Virus record (IMG/VR): IMGVR_UViG_3300021082_000012
Location: 1 to 43,473 of that record
Reading direction: 5' to 3' (one strand)
DNA: 43,473 nucleotides
From: a virus
Taxonomy: Duplodnaviria; Caudoviricetes
Part shown: positions 9,561 to 18,645 of the stretch, in pieces
Layout of the letters: each line of letters begins with the position of its first letter
Position numbering within the stretch: the first letter of the stretch is position 1
Position numbers and translations under genes: made by a program
The notes under the pieces: generated by a model
Databases searched by the model: none
The model's input: the letters and a program-made list of their open reading frames with translations, nothing else
Told to the model about the DNA's origin: nothing

Positions 9561-9652
9561 GCGTCAGCTCCTGTTGTCACCAGCGGTGGGCGAGTGTGAT
9601 GGGGATACCATAGTACAGCGGTCCTGGCTGCGGCGGTTTCTGCGGCGGCTCG

Positions 9653-11320
9653 TTAATAGAAGGCATCTGGCCTCTCCTTGTGTTTAACGTGATCGTTGGC
9701 GGCGAGGCCGCCCATCACTGCACCACCGCCGACAGCCCAACCCTGCGGGTTGCGGCGGAAGAACTCCGATACTTTATCCACAACTTCCGGCGTGATCTTC
9801 TGCGACTTGCCAATGCCGCCCGGCATCTCGCCCATGATGTACGTCATCGGATTGTCGGCGAAGTACTTAGGCTCACCGGCTTTCATCAGGCCACGCCACA
9901 AGTCTGGTGCAAGCGTCTTGAACGGCACCGAGCCAACTAACCCGCCCGGCGCAGCCGTGGTCATGAACCCGGTTGGATAATTCGAGTGGAATGAATGTGG
10001 CGTGACGCCCAGTTCCGGGTTGATCTCACCCATGAACCGGCCCGCTGAGCCTGTCGGCGTGTTAGCAAATCGCGGATCGGTATTGGCGTAGCGCACCTCG
10101 CCAATGTCCACGCCCGACATGTCGCGCAGCTTGGCCTTGTCCAATGACCGCACCAGCGCGCCACGATAGTTACCGCCAACGGCATCAATCCACTTCTCCA
10201 TGTCCTTGTGGCCAAAGCCTGGATACGCCATCGCAGGCGCACCCTTGAGCTGCTTCATCTCGGACGCCATAGACTTGTCGATGGCCTCGATCAAATCAGC
10301 GTCTGGTCGCGCCTGTTTGACCAGCCGGTACGCCGTGTTCGCCGTCTGCCTTGCGCTGTCGCCTGCGCCCTTGCCCATTGTCATCAGCGTCAGCAGCGGA
10401 GTGCTGCCCTGCTCGGCGGCCTCCCGCGCTTCCCTAATGATCTTGTTGGCGGGGCCTTGCTGGTTGGCGTACAGCAGCCGGGCCTCGTCTGGCATGCCGG
10501 GGATCGGTGTGCCTTCGTGCAGCAGCGAGTAGTCCGCGCCGCCTTCCATCTGCACCGGCTTGCGTAATTTCCTACCGCCAACCTCGGCGAGCTGCCCGCC
10601 AGCCCTTGATCGATCTTTGACGCCAAAGATCATGGTGTCGCCTTCGCGGTCAGCGATGTCCCAGACGTTGCGATTGAAGGCTGGCGGGTTGTTGATCTTG
10701 TACGTCATGTCCTCGACCGGCTTGCCGCTACGCACCGCAGAGAAGCCGTGGTGACCGGAACCGGCGTCAATCAATCTCGGTGTGCCATCTGGGCTGTAGC
10801 GCACAATCCAGTTGCCCGGCGCAGCGTCAGGACCGTGCAGCCCGCCATACAGCGCCGCTGTCACCTCGTCTTCCGGCGACAGTTTGGCTATCGATCCCGG
10901 TGCAAATCCCGTGGCCTTCTCAGGCCGCAGCCTGCCGCCAGCCATGCCCAACGCGCCCTCCGGGGCCACGCCCATACCACCAGCGACAACATTAAACCCG
11001 GCACCAGCGGCATAATCCGCCGCCTCACGGCGCGGGTCGTAGTCGGTCGAGACAGACGTGATGCCGGATTGCGCCGGAAACATCTCGGCGTTGGCATCCA
11101 TCACCCGCTGCATCAAGCCAGCGCCCTTACGGAACGGCTCCTTGAGCGTCTCGACTGCTTGTCGCGCAACCGGCGCACCTATCGAACCCATGACCTCGGC
11201 TGGATTGGCGGCATTGCCAGCCAACGCGGCGCGCATCTGCGCTGCTTGCTGCTCGTTGGGCATGGCGTAGTTGTCCGGTGCCACCAGATCGCCAAGCACC
11301 CAATCGTCTTCGTAGGCCAT
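9653..11320 (-). CDS. Large uncharacterised portal-adjacent protein (putative head-packaged effector)
   Basis: 555 aa ORF; shares N-terminal tag with upstream ORF; globular-looking C-terminal region. Confidence 0.6.
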   Translation of the reverse strand: MAYEDDWVLGDLVAPDNYAMPNEQQAAQMRAALAGNAANPAEVMGSIGAPVARQAVETLKEPFRKGAGLMQRVMDANAEMFPAQSGITSVSTDYDPRREAADYAAGAGFNVVAGGMGVAPEGALGMAGGRLRPEKATGFAPGSIAKLSPEDEVTAALYGGLHGPDAAPGNWIVRYSPDGTPRLIDAGSGHHGFSAVRSGKPVEDMTYKINNPPAFNRNVWDIADREGDTMIFGVKDRSRAGGQLAEVGGRKLRKPVQMEGGADYSLLHEGTPIPGMPDEARLLYANQQGPANKIIREAREAAEQGSTPLLTLMTMGKGAGDSARQTANTAYRLVKQARPDADLIEAIDKSMASEMKQLKGAPAMAYPGFGHKDMEKWIDAVGGNYRGALVRSLDKAKLRDMSGVDIGEVRYANTDPRFANTPTGSAGRFMGEINPELGVTPHSFHSNYPTGFMTTAAPGGLVGSVPFKTLAPDLWRGLMKAGEPKYFADNPMTYIMGEMPGGIGKSQKITPEVVDKVSEFFRRNPQGWAVGGGAVMGGLAANDHVKHKERPDAFY

Positions 11321-11944
11321 TTAGCGCCTCCGCCTCACGTCGAAGACCTCATGCGGATATGCTGGCTGGATGCGGTCGATCATGCCTTGCGGCTCGTAGC
11401 CACGGCGCTGGTCGAGGTAAGCGTCAAAGTTGCCCTGCGGCGTCGAGGGCCGCAGGATCGAGCCTATGCCGCCCTGCGGTGCCGCTAGCCCAATTTGCTC
11501 CAGCGACATGGCGCTCAGCTTCTTCTCTGCGCCCTCGCGCAGGCCCCACGGGTCGTAGGGGTTGCCCATCATCATCGCCTCTTCGCGGGCTGTGGGCTTG
11601 TCCATCATCATCTGCGCCTGGAATTGATCCAGCTCCTCGCGGGTCAGCGGTCGCAGGCCGCCACGTGCCTCGTCCAGCTCGTCGTCACCGGTCGAGCCGG
11701 GCATCGGCTCAAGCTGCGGTATCGGATCGGCTGGCGAGCCGCTCTCGTTGCGGTCCATCTTCAGGTCGCGGTTCATCTTCATGTCGCGCAGCAGCTCGTA
11801 CTGAAACCTCTCCTCGTCGCTGGGCTGCTCAAACGGCACCGGCACGAACGAACGCCGGTCAATGACGTTGCTCGACACCGGCATGGCCTCGTAGCCGTCC
11901 TGCGCCGCCAGCGACCCCATTGTCCAATCGTCCGGGTCCATCAC
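11321..11944 (-). CDS. Acidic Met-rich portal-adjacent protein
   Basis: 207 aa, ATGA-coupled to portal stop; N-terminal DDWTMGSLAAQDGY. Confidence 0.65.
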   Translation of the reverse strand: MMDPDDWTMGSLAAQDGYEAMPVSSNVIDRRSFVPVPFEQPSDEERFQYELLRDMKMNRDLKMDRNESGSPADPIPQLEPMPGSTGDDELDEARGGLRPLTREELDQFQAQMMMDKPTAREEAMMMGNPYDPWGLREGAEKKLSAMSLEQIGLAAPQGGIGSILRPSTPQGNFDAYLDQRRGYEPQGMIDRIQPAYPHEVFDVRRRR

Positions 11945-14259
11945 TGCCGTCCCATCGGCTTGGGCTGCGCCATCTTCATGTCATGCTGCTGCTGGCGCTG
12001 CGCCGACTGCGCCTGCATGTCGTGCTGCTTGTTCTGCGCCGCCGCCGCCGTCATCTGCGCCTTCTGCGCGTTCACAGCCATCTTCTGCTCGTTCTCGCGC
12101 ATGTGCGCTTCGTGCGCCTCGCGGTTCTCGATCAGCTTCTGGTTCTGGATGACGGCCTTGCCCTCGGTGTCGCTCAGCTTGATCTGCGCCTGCGCCCAGG
12201 CGATCTTGCGGTCGTTGGCCAGCTTCTCCTGGTGCTGCCGGTCCTTGTCGGCCAGCTCCTGCTGATTGATCTTGAGCTGCTGCGCGTCGGTCTGCTGCTT
12301 CTGCTGTATCTTGGCCATCTCGATCTTCTCGTTGCTCTTGACGGCCTCCATCTGCGGGTTGGGCGGCGTGTTCTGCCCCTTGGTCTTCATCTGCTCCACC
12401 AGCTCGTCTATCGTGCCATCGAGCGAACGCCCGGCGCGGAACGGCGCAGTAGCGAACTTGAGCAGCTCGCCGCAGAACTCGGCGGTCTGCGGCTCGGCCA
12501 CGATCATCTGCGAGAGCTGCGGCAACAGCCCGCCAAGCATCTGCACGAACTCGGTGCGCTGCTGCTTCTCGGCCTGCTCGTCGGCCATGATGGTGCTGTC
12601 GGTTTCGATGTCGAGGATGAACGACTTGGCCCGGCGATCCTTCAGGAACTTAAGCACCTGTTCGATGGTGGGCTTCTCGCGTAGCTGATTGATAGTCTGC
12701 ACCGCAGCTTCCTGGCTCTTCTGCGCCTGCTGCGCTACCTGTTGCGCCTGCTCCGGGTTCTGCTGCGCCATTTGCTGCACTTGCGGCATCTGCATAAGCT
12801 GCTGCATCTGGTTCTGCTGAGCATGCATCTGCTGCATCACCTCGGAGATTTTCTGTTGCACCATCGCCTGCGTTGGAAGCTGCGTCTGGCTCATCTCGAT
12901 GATGGTGACTGGATTGAACTTGTCGGTGATGATGTCGAGGGACAGCTCGACAAGGTCGCGAGCGAGCCTGACCAGCTCCTGCTGCTTGTCCTTGATGCGT
13001 TTAGAACCATACTCAGTCTTCAGCCGCTGCGCCCCCAAAGTCTCCTGCGGATCGGTATCTCCCCGCATGATGTCGCTAAGGCCCATCACTTGGTAGATGT
13101 CCTCAATGACTTGCTTTCGCAGCGCCACTAGCCCGGTGATGGTCTGCGCGATCTGGTCGATGGGCATCCAGATGATGACCTCTTTCGAGGTGCCGAATGC
13201 GGCCCAGTTGGCGATAGGTACCAGCATGCGTCCGCTGGTCTTGGTCTTCACCGCAGTCTCGATGGCGTCGGCCATCTCGGTGCCGCCGCTCGGATAGAAG
13301 CCCTTCGCCTCCAGCACCTCGCTCAGCGCGTGGATGCGGCCCGTCAGCATGTTCAGCTCATCGAGCTGGTCCTTGTATTGCAAAACATCAGGCACCGGCA
13401 CCAGCGAGCCTCTCTGCACCGTGCCGTAGGCTGGCTTGGGACAAGGAAAAAAGTTGCACAGCTCCAGATGCGGGTCGTCCTCGTCCAGAATTTTCTCACA
13501 GCCGTGTGCGACCCACAGCACACGATTGTCTGCCTTCGACCATATCTCCCAGAACTTGGCCCGCTCCCGGTTGTCCGCGCCACCTACCTCGGCTCCTTCC
13601 TTGTCCACCTTGTACTCGGCGTTCTGGTACTCGTCGCCGGATGTCTTCCTGAACCGCTTGCGCGCCTGCCCGCGTGTCAGGTAGCTCGCCGCCGCCACCC
13701 ACGTCACCTCTTCCCAGTTGCGTGAGATGCTGTGCAGAAAATCGCGGCGGTTTTTGAACTCGATGCAGACACGCTCGCTGTCGTAGTAGCCCTTGCCCTT
13801 GCTCTCGTAGCGCACCCAGGCGCAGCCGCGACTGATTAGCGCCACGTCGTCGCGGATCAGCTTCATGATGTCGTCAATGCGGGTGAGGTCGAACGAGACA
13901 GTGACGCACCGCTCAGCCACCTCTGATGCAGCCTGATAGACCGGCCTCCTGTCCTTGAATTTCGGCACCACAACGGGCTGCGGCGGCTTGGCGTAAATGC
14001 TCGGCTTGATCACCTCGCAATTCGCCCAGAACATCTGAAATTCTTTTTCCCGCGACATCGTCGCCAGCCGCGCCATGCTGGCGTACTGCTTGTCGATGTT
14101 GTCGCAGTGATCGTTCCAGTCGCTGAACATCTCCTCGCTTTCCAGCAGGAGGTTCAGCCACGCCTTGGCCTTCTTAGGTTCGACCGCCGGGTTGTAGTCG
14201 TGGTCGTCCGCGCCAAGGTCGTCTTCGATTGGCTTGGGGTTGTCGTTGTCGTCAACCAT
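11941..14259 (-). CDS. Portal protein (P22-like, long Gln-rich C-terminal barrel)
   Basis: About 770 aa after terminase; FWAN.....PSIY, FFPCPKP, IY.VMGLSDIMRG....ETLGAQ.LK motifs; GGAG before ATG 14259. Confidence 0.85.
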   Translation of the reverse strand: MVDDNDNPKPIEDDLGADDHDYNPAVEPKKAKAWLNLLLESEEMFSDWNDHCDNIDKQYASMARLATMSREKEFQMFWANCEVIKPSIYAKPPQPVVVPKFKDRRPVYQAASEVAERCVTVSFDLTRIDDIMKLIRDDVALISRGCAWVRYESKGKGYYDSERVCIEFKNRRDFLHSISRNWEEVTWVAAASYLTRGQARKRFRKTSGDEYQNAEYKVDKEGAEVGGADNRERAKFWEIWSKADNRVLWVAHGCEKILDEDDPHLELCNFFPCPKPAYGTVQRGSLVPVPDVLQYKDQLDELNMLTGRIHALSEVLEAKGFYPSGGTEMADAIETAVKTKTSGRMLVPIANWAAFGTSKEVIIWMPIDQIAQTITGLVALRKQVIEDIYQVMGLSDIMRGDTDPQETLGAQRLKTEYGSKRIKDKQQELVRLARDLVELSLDIITDKFNPVTIIEMSQTQLPTQAMVQQKISEVMQQMHAQQNQMQQLMQMPQVQQMAQQNPEQAQQVAQQAQKSQEAAVQTINQLREKPTIEQVLKFLKDRRAKSFILDIETDSTIMADEQAEKQQRTEFVQMLGGLLPQLSQMIVAEPQTAEFCGELLKFATAPFRAGRSLDGTIDELVEQMKTKGQNTPPNPQMEAVKSNEKIEMAKIQQKQQTDAQQLKINQQELADKDRQHQEKLANDRKIAWAQAQIKLSDTEGKAVIQNQKLIENREAHEAHMRENEQKMAVNAQKAQMTAAAAQNKQHDMQAQSAQRQQQHDMKMAQPKPMGRQ

Positions 14260-14320
14260 TGGGGCTGCTCCGAATTGCGCCAGCCCCAACTGGCGTCAGA
14301 CATATTGCGTCAGCGTCACG

Positions 14321-14578
14321 TCATTTGAAATAGCTTGCCTTGCGCCGCAGCGGGATAACCTTCTCGTCACCGTACATGCGGTCGAGCTGCTCGTTCAGCG
14401 TATAGAACACGATCTCGGCAGTGGCGTGGGCATCGTCCCGGCTGCCGCCCTCCTGCCAGATAGCCTGCGCCAGCGCCGTCGTCAGGATGTCGCAAGCCTG
14501 CCGCCACGGCAGCCGCTTGCCTAGCTGTCGCGCCTTGCGCTTGATGCGCTGCGCCTCGCGCTTTTTGTATTCCTTCAT
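14321..14578 (-). CDS. Hypothetical protein
   Basis: 85 aa, ATGA-coupled, RBS present. Confidence 0.5.
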   Translation of the reverse strand: MKEYKKREAQRIKRKARQLGKRLPWRQACDILTTALAQAIWQEGGSRDDAHATAEIVFYTLNEQLDRMYGDEKVIPLRRKASYFK

Positions 14579-14844
14579 GCTTCTTTCCTCGGCGGAAAAG
14601 CCCGCATCACGTCTCCTCGATTAAGCATGATCCACAGCTTGTGCGGTGGCCTGTCGTCACGCCCCAGCCAGCGCCACAGCTCCCGGCACTGCTTCCGCGA
14701 CAGCGTATTCCCTGCGAGGGAGTGATGCTCGGCCAGCCAGCGCCCCACCAGGGGAAAGTCGTACTCGCGCTGCTTGGCATCGAGCAGCTTGATGCGGATC
14801 GACGGCATCCACTCGTATTTGTACTGGACGTTACGATGCTCCAT
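14575..14844 (-). CDS. Hypothetical protein
   Basis: 89 aa, TAATG-coupled to terminase stop. Confidence 0.5.
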   Translation of the reverse strand: MEHRNVQYKYEWMPSIRIKLLDAKQREYDFPLVGRWLAEHHSLAGNTLSRKQCRELWRWLGRDDRPPHKLWIMLNRGDVMRAFPPRKEA

Positions 14845-16205
14845 TACAGCCTGATCCCCTTGCGTGGTTCTGCCGGTGGCGGGATGAAGAAGCCGCGTGG
14901 CTGCTCGACATGCACCTCGCGCAGCGGTGCCAGCTTCCAGCTCAGCGCCAGATAGCGGAATGCGTCAGCCGGGTGCGAGGTCCAATCATGCATGTCGGAC
15001 GCCTTAAACGCCTTCTTCTCGTCGTCCCATTCCCTTCTGTATTGCTCCAACGCCGCGATGCCCGTCTCCTCGGTGCGCGGATGAAACACAGCTAGCTGCA
15101 AGGTACGCCGCACGGCGTTCCTGCCATCTTCTAGGGTCGCCGTCGGCGCGAGCTGCGGCTTCAGCCCCATGAGGGTCATTGTCTCCACTCGCGTCCGCCC
15201 TGATCCCCATTCGCGCACCTTTGCGTCATGCGGCACGAAGTCGATGCCTCTGCGCCAGCCGTGCTGTAGCTCGCGCTTCTCGATCTCGGTGAGGTAGTGG
15301 TCGAGGCCTACACCGCTCGATGCGTAATGATCGAGTACAAACAATTGCGCTCCAACCGCGCAAAACCACCAGATCGACGTATCAGAACCGACACCCAAGT
15401 CCCAGGCGCGGTGTACATACTGATCTTCCAGCGGCGTGACAGGCAGTATTCGACCCTCGTCGCGGAGCTGCGCCATCTCGATTGCATAGTAGGCTCCCAA
15501 AATACTGGCTGCCCAGTCGCAATAATATTCCTGCAAAAACTGGGCGCGTCCAAAGTCTGAGCCGTACAGCGCACGATACTCACGCTGCGTCTCATCGAGC
15601 TGTGCCTGCGTCAGTGCGCCAGTGTCCTCGACCGTCAGCCGCTCGGCAAACCATCCCGGCGTCTGCGCCGCGTAGGCGTACATTGCGTGTGCGTGGTTAC
15701 GACCGCGTGGCGTGGTGATGAACGTGGCCCAGCCGCCGTTCTCCTCAAGCATTGGTCTGAGGTAACCCCACGCTGCCGGGTTGCTCAGCGCATACTCGCT
15801 AAACACCACGCCTGCTGCGCTCGATCCCACCGTGCGGTCGTACTCGTCGCTGCCTATGCAGCTCCACGTCGAGCCGTTGACGAGGCGTATGTGCATGTCG
15901 GTGTCGCGTGTCGAGGCGCGCATCTCTGCCGGGAACGCTTCATCGATGCGGCGGATGCCGGTGTGCGGATTGACGGCGTCCCAGATAGCTTTGCGAGCCT
16001 GCGCGTACTCAGGCAACATGTGCCAATAATTTCCCTGGCGCTCGATGGCGCTGATAGCGGTGTGATGTAAACAAACATCATCCTTCCCGGCTCTGCGATG
16101 CCACACGGCCATCGCTCGCTTGCCGCCTTCGCGGAGGTAGCGCCACAGCGACATCTGATGCTCGCGTGGCGTCCAGCCGTTGTGCGGCAGCGTGATGTCG
16201 ATCAT
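14844..16205 (-). CDS. terL: Terminase large subunit
   Basis: WHRRAGKD Walker A, VVFSEY Walker B, FITTPRGRNH, WDLG..D nuclease motif, HDWTSHPADAFRY. Confidence 0.92.
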   Translation of the reverse strand: MIDITLPHNGWTPREHQMSLWRYLREGGKRAMAVWHRRAGKDDVCLHHTAISAIERQGNYWHMLPEYAQARKAIWDAVNPHTGIRRIDEAFPAEMRASTRDTDMHIRLVNGSTWSCIGSDEYDRTVGSSAAGVVFSEYALSNPAAWGYLRPMLEENGGWATFITTPRGRNHAHAMYAYAAQTPGWFAERLTVEDTGALTQAQLDETQREYRALYGSDFGRAQFLQEYYCDWAASILGAYYAIEMAQLRDEGRILPVTPLEDQYVHRAWDLGVGSDTSIWWFCAVGAQLFVLDHYASSGVGLDHYLTEIEKRELQHGWRRGIDFVPHDAKVREWGSGRTRVETMTLMGLKPQLAPTATLEDGRNAVRRTLQLAVFHPRTEETGIAALEQYRREWDDEKKAFKASDMHDWTSHPADAFRYLALSWKLAPLREVHVEQPRGFFIPPPAEPRKGIRL

Positions 16206-16549
16206 AACTCAGCGACCTCGATCAGCGCGTCTTGCAGCCGCTTGTTTGCTGCGCGTAGCTCATCGATGATGGCAACATTGCCAGCGATGATGTCGGCACC
16301 TTCGTTGACCCGACACTTCCACTCCTCAACCTCTCGGCGCAGCCGCTCGATCTCGTCCTCGGCCTTCTCGGCGCGATGTCCCCAGTAATCAATCATCTTC
16401 TGCATTTCTTCTGCGTTGCGCTTCTTCAGCAACTCGATCTTCTCGGCGCGCAGCCGCTCGATCTCGTTGGCGGCCTCAAATAATGCCGTCTCGATCTCGT
16501 CACGGGCAGGACGTGTCCCAGCAGCCTGCCTGCTGTCGCGCTTCTTCAT
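16202..16549 (-). CDS. Hypothetical coiled-coil protein (repeated EIERLR)
   Basis: 115 aa, translationally coupled on both sides. Confidence 0.55.
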   Translation of the reverse strand: MKKRDSRQAAGTRPARDEIETALFEAANEIERLRAEKIELLKKRNAEEMQKMIDYWGHRAEKAEDEIERLRREVEEWKCRVNEGADIIAGNVAIIDELRAANKRLQDALIEVAEL

Positions 16550-16722
16550 GATCCGGTCACCGCTTCGACCAGCGCATCCTCTTGCGTCATGCCACGAAAG
16601 TTTTCGCAGTCGCCATCGGTGCGCGTCTGTTCAAGCGTGATGCCGCGCCTGCCGCATGCAGCGCATGTGCCGACAAATGGCTGACCCTTGGGCGAGGTGC
16701 GATTGACCAGCGGATGCTTCAT
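16546..16722 (-). CDS. Small CxxC protein
   Basis: MKHPLVNRTSPKGQPFVGTCAACG; ATG 16722 just after upstream stop. Confidence 0.5.
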   Translation of the reverse strand: MKHPLVNRTSPKGQPFVGTCAACGRRGITLEQTRTDGDCENFRGMTQEDALVEAVTGS

Positions 16723-16723
16723 G

Positions 16724-16954
16724 TCATTTTTTGCCCTCGATGATATTGCGAATGGTGATGCGGATGTCGCCCTCACCGTCTGCGCCGGTCACCGGCTGCG
16801 CCGGGCGGCCCCAGCCGCGCTGCCACAGCAGATCGACGGCGCTGATCTGCGCCTGCTCGCTCTTGCCGTTCTGTGCGATGCCAGCCAGCACCTTGACGCC
16901 CATCTCGGTGTGCGCCCGCGCCAGCGAACGTAAATCAGTAATCCGTTTAGCCAT
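16724..16954 (-). CDS. Putative terminase small subunit
   Basis: 76 aa, LARAHT...L..IA....SA...LL.RGWGRP.Q.VTGADG pattern; upstream of terL. Confidence 0.5.
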   Translation of the reverse strand: MAKRITDLRSLARAHTEMGVKVLAGIAQNGKSEQAQISAVDLLWQRGWGRPAQPVTGADGEGDIRITIRNIIEGKK

Positions 16955-17261
16955 TTAGCTTAGGGGTACCCCCTCCCTGCTCCAGCTTCTCGATGCGCTT
17001 GCGTAGCTCGGCCATGAACGCCACCAAATCGGCCAGCCCGGCGCGGGCCTCGACCCGTATGTTATCCACTTGCCGGAACAGCTCGGCATCGTTGTATTTC
17101 ATTTCCTGCAACAGCGATGTTTCCAGATCGACAATGCGCTGGCGCAGCTCTTGAAAACCCGCCACGTATTCGTCATGCAGCCGGTCAGATGCGGCCTCGA
17201 TCCTGGCCATGCCCTCGCGGTCGCCCTGGGCGATAACGGGAATGATTTTGCCGCCGCTCAT
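16947..17261 (-). CDS. Hypothetical coiled-coil protein
   Basis: ORF overlapping the terS start; start at MSGGKII. Confidence 0.45.
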   Translation of the reverse strand: MSGGKIIPVIAQGDREGMARIEAASDRLHDEYVAGFQELRQRIVDLETSLLQEMKYNDAELFRQVDNIRVEARAGLADLVAFMAELRKRIEKLEQGGGTPKLNG

Positions 17262-17269
17262 GTCTGCCC

Positions 17270-17317
17270 CAAAAAGAGAGAGGGCGCACACTGCCCTTGC
17301 GGACAATACGCGCCCTC
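17270..17317 (-). terminator. Rho-independent terminator
   Basis: Minus strand gagggcgcguauugucc-GCAA-gggcagugugcgcccuc, 17-bp stem with G-U pairs and GNRA loop, then ucucuuuuu. Confidence 0.75.
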
Positions 17318-17340
17318 CCGGCCTGTCGTCCAGGCGTAGG

Positions 17341-17583
17341 CTAGTCGCGGCGGCCCTCGATGGGGCTGACCCACTTAGGTGCCAGGGGCTTCACGCCGTA
17401 GTGTATCAGGGCGCGCAGCAGCATGGCAGAGGCTGGCGGCACCGCCGCTGTCCCCTTGCAGTAGCGGTTGGCGGTGCGCTCGGAGACGCCCAGGTATCTG
17501 CCTGCGGAAGCCTGCGAGATGCTGAGCGTCTTGAGCGCCTGCTTGAATTGTCGCGCCGTCATGTTTCGGTCTTGCCAGTTCAT
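17341..17583 (-). CDS. Small HTH DNA-binding protein
   Basis: QFKQALKTLSISQASAGRYLGVSERTANRY XRE-like helix-turn-helix. Confidence 0.75.
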   Translation of the reverse strand: MNWQDRNMTARQFKQALKTLSISQASAGRYLGVSERTANRYCKGTAAVPPASAMLLRALIHYGVKPLAPKWVSPIEGRRD

Positions 17584-17619
17584 AGGTCTGTTCTCCGTTG
17601 GTGATGGGTGTGAGTGGCG

Positions 17620-18312
17620 CTAGAGCGCCACCCACCGCTTGCCTTCCCACTTGTGGGTCTGCGTCCAGCCCTCGTAGCGGGCCGTGAACTCTTTGATGTC
17701 CCGCTTGAGGCTGGTGATGCGGCTGTCGCGCTTGTCGAGGTCGCGCTGCTTGAACTGATCGAACGTCGGTTCAAACTGGTGCGTGAACACGTCATCGACG
17801 TTGGCCTTGACTATGTCCGCAAACCTGTCGCGGGTTATGATCAAATCCCGCTTCTCGTAGCGGCCACGGTCACGCAAATAAATCTCGTAAGTGTGCGTCA
17901 CCGGCTCGATCTCGTCAGCGACTGCACACCGCAGATACTCGGCGCGCAGCAGCCACTCCTTGAGATGATTGATGAGGTCCATGACCGCACTGCGGTCCAC
18001 CTCCCACGGCAGGCGCTTTGCGCCAAAGCATGACTGCGTCTGCCAGCCGTGACCTGGGCGGGTATAGCCGTGGTGAGCAATGCGCCCCAGCGCCGCGTGG
18101 ATTTCACGATTGCAGCACTGGCAGTGCATGGCCTGCGAGGCGTCGAGGTCTTTCACCTTGCGGCTTTCGACAAACAAACGCTCGCGCTTATAGCTCAGCT
18201 TGGCGGCGACATGCGCCTCGGCCTCGGCCTTGGTAGCGAACGACAGCCCGCGAATTGCAACATAGCGACCGCCGAAACGCTGCCGCTCGGTAATGACGTA
18301 CTTGGTGGACAT
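17620..18312 (-). CDS. Hypothetical early protein (CxxC...HHG...C putative Zn site)
   Basis: 230 aa behind a consensus promoter and AGGAG RBS. Confidence 0.65.
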   Translation of the reverse strand: MSTKYVITERQRFGGRYVAIRGLSFATKAEAEAHVAAKLSYKRERLFVESRKVKDLDASQAMHCQCCNREIHAALGRIAHHGYTRPGHGWQTQSCFGAKRLPWEVDRSAVMDLINHLKEWLLRAEYLRCAVADEIEPVTHTYEIYLRDRGRYEKRDLIITRDRFADIVKANVDDVFTHQFEPTFDQFKQRDLDKRDSRITSLKRDIKEFTARYEGWTQTHKWEGKRWVAL

Positions 18313-18315
18313 GGG

Positions 18316-18371
18316 TAGCTCCTGTTGTGATGAACAGGAGCCTTATACCGACAACCAGTCAGCCCTGTCAA
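18316..18371 (-). promoter_or_regulatory. Sigma70-type promoter P1 with CATCAC inverted repeat
   Basis: TTGACA-18-TATAAG then GCTCCTGTT-CATCAC-AACAGGAGC. Confidence 0.8.
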
Positions 18372-18397
18372 CTAGTCAAATAATCTAAAATACCCTA

Positions 18398-18450
18398 TTG
18401 ACAGCCCTGACAGGCTGTCGGTATAACCCGGCTGTTCATCACAACAGGAG
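18398..18450 (+). promoter_or_regulatory. Sigma70-type promoter P2 (divergent from P1)
   Basis: TTGACA(18398)-18-TATAAC(18422) then CTGTT-CATCAC-AACAG-GAG. Confidence 0.8.
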
Positions 18451-18457
18451 TTACCCA

Positions 18458-18643
18458 ATGACCAAGTTGACCATCAAGCTTCTCGGCAGCCACGGCGGCG
18501 AACTGGACCGCGAAGATGTTCGCATTCCCCACGAAAAGTGGAGCGGAGAGCAAGACCCCAAGATCAAGGCCGCCCTCTTCGCCCTGATCAACCGCTGCAC
18601 CCTGGCAGACGGCGACCAGATCACCATCGACATGGAGGCCTAG
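18458..18643 (+). CDS. Hypothetical early protein
   Basis: ATG 18458 after AGGAG; 61 aa. Confidence 0.6.
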   Translation: MTKLTIKLLGSHGGELDREDVRIPHEKWSGEQDPKIKAALFALINRCTLADGDQITIDMEA

Positions 18644-18645
18644 CC

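Noticed and set aside
9774-9782. Perfect DnaA box TTATCCACA (another at 26690-26698, minus)
   Set aside because: Isolated copies inside coding sequence, no cluster
16330-16470. Internal repeat gcgcagccgctcgatctcgt
   Set aside because: Encodes the repeated EIERLR coiled-coil unit; ordinary intragenic duplication
18432-18447. CTGT-N8-ACAG matching the E. coli-type LexA box (also in P1)
   Set aside because: Host appears alphaproteobacterial (LexA box GTTC-N7-GTTC); P4 breaks the consensus while keeping the pairing; no prophage functions seen. Not fully excluded.
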